A DNA stretch of 64,000 nt. Origin: Squalus acanthias (taxonomy: Eukaryota). Of the stretch, positions 63,601-64,000 are shown in pieces. How positions within the stretch are numbered: the stretch's first letter is position 1; every line of letters starts with the position of its first letter. Under the pieces are notes generated by a model. It searched no databases. It saw only the letters and a list, made by a program, of their open reading frames with translations, and was not told the DNA's origin. The stretch lies in the NCBI GenBank assembly GCA_030390025.1, contig CM059433.1:30072001-30136000 (forward strand). Direction: 5' to 3'. The position numbers were made by a program, and so were the translations under genes.

Positions 63601-64000
63601 AGGGGGAGAAGTGGAGGTAGTGGGAGGAGGGACGCAGGAGAGGGAGGGATGCAGGAGGCAGGAGAGGGAGGGATGCAGGAGGAAGAGAGCGGAGATGTGT
63701 GGGGAGGAGGGAGAAGGGGAGAGATCATGGATGGGGGGAGAGTGCGGGGAAGAGTTTGTTGCACCTTATGTTTGGCATGACTGGGACATTCGTGTAATTC
63801 CAGCAGCACCTCACTTACTGCTCAGCTAGCAGTATTCATAATTTCCACTGATCCACGAATTTCATCCCTTAAAAGGATCGAGTTGATGAGTTTTTTAGGG
63901 AGAGAATAGAATTTTATTTTCGGGGGGAGTTGGGTGGTCAGTTGATGTACAGTTCCATAAATCTGTACACTCTTTGTTAATGCATGAATGCATTTTGTTA

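Noticed and set aside
61827..63829. Four ORFs of about 600 aa on both strands
   Set aside because: Products of a stop-free tandem repeat, open in several frames with low-complexity translations.

Overview
Vertebrate genomic DNA, very probably from a shark or other cartilaginous fish (inferred from HE1-type V-SINEs, SacSINE1/DeuSINE-like SINEs and CR1 LINEs). The window opens with the last two coding exons and 3'UTR of PTP4A1 (PRL-1 phosphatase, + strand). About 53 kb of nested retroelements and DNA-transposon relics follow: CR1, a CR1-group single-ORF LINE, RTE, Tx1-like, Penelope-like elements carrying hammerhead ribozymes, Harbinger and hAT MITEs. It ends in a CpG-island promoter/first exon (probably PHF3, by synteny inference) bracketed by two tandem arrays. 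The most interesting object is a young 4.4-kb Ty3/Gypsy LTR retrotransposon (42414-46838, - strand) with identical 194-bp LTRs and a 5-bp TSD. It has no tRNA-type primer-binding site. Instead an 11-nt segment next to the LTR is perfectly complementary to its own LTR (candidate Tf1-style self-priming), and its RT active site reads YLDN rather than YxDD. Repeat boundaries without a stated TSD are approximate, and family names come from motif recognition, not database searches.
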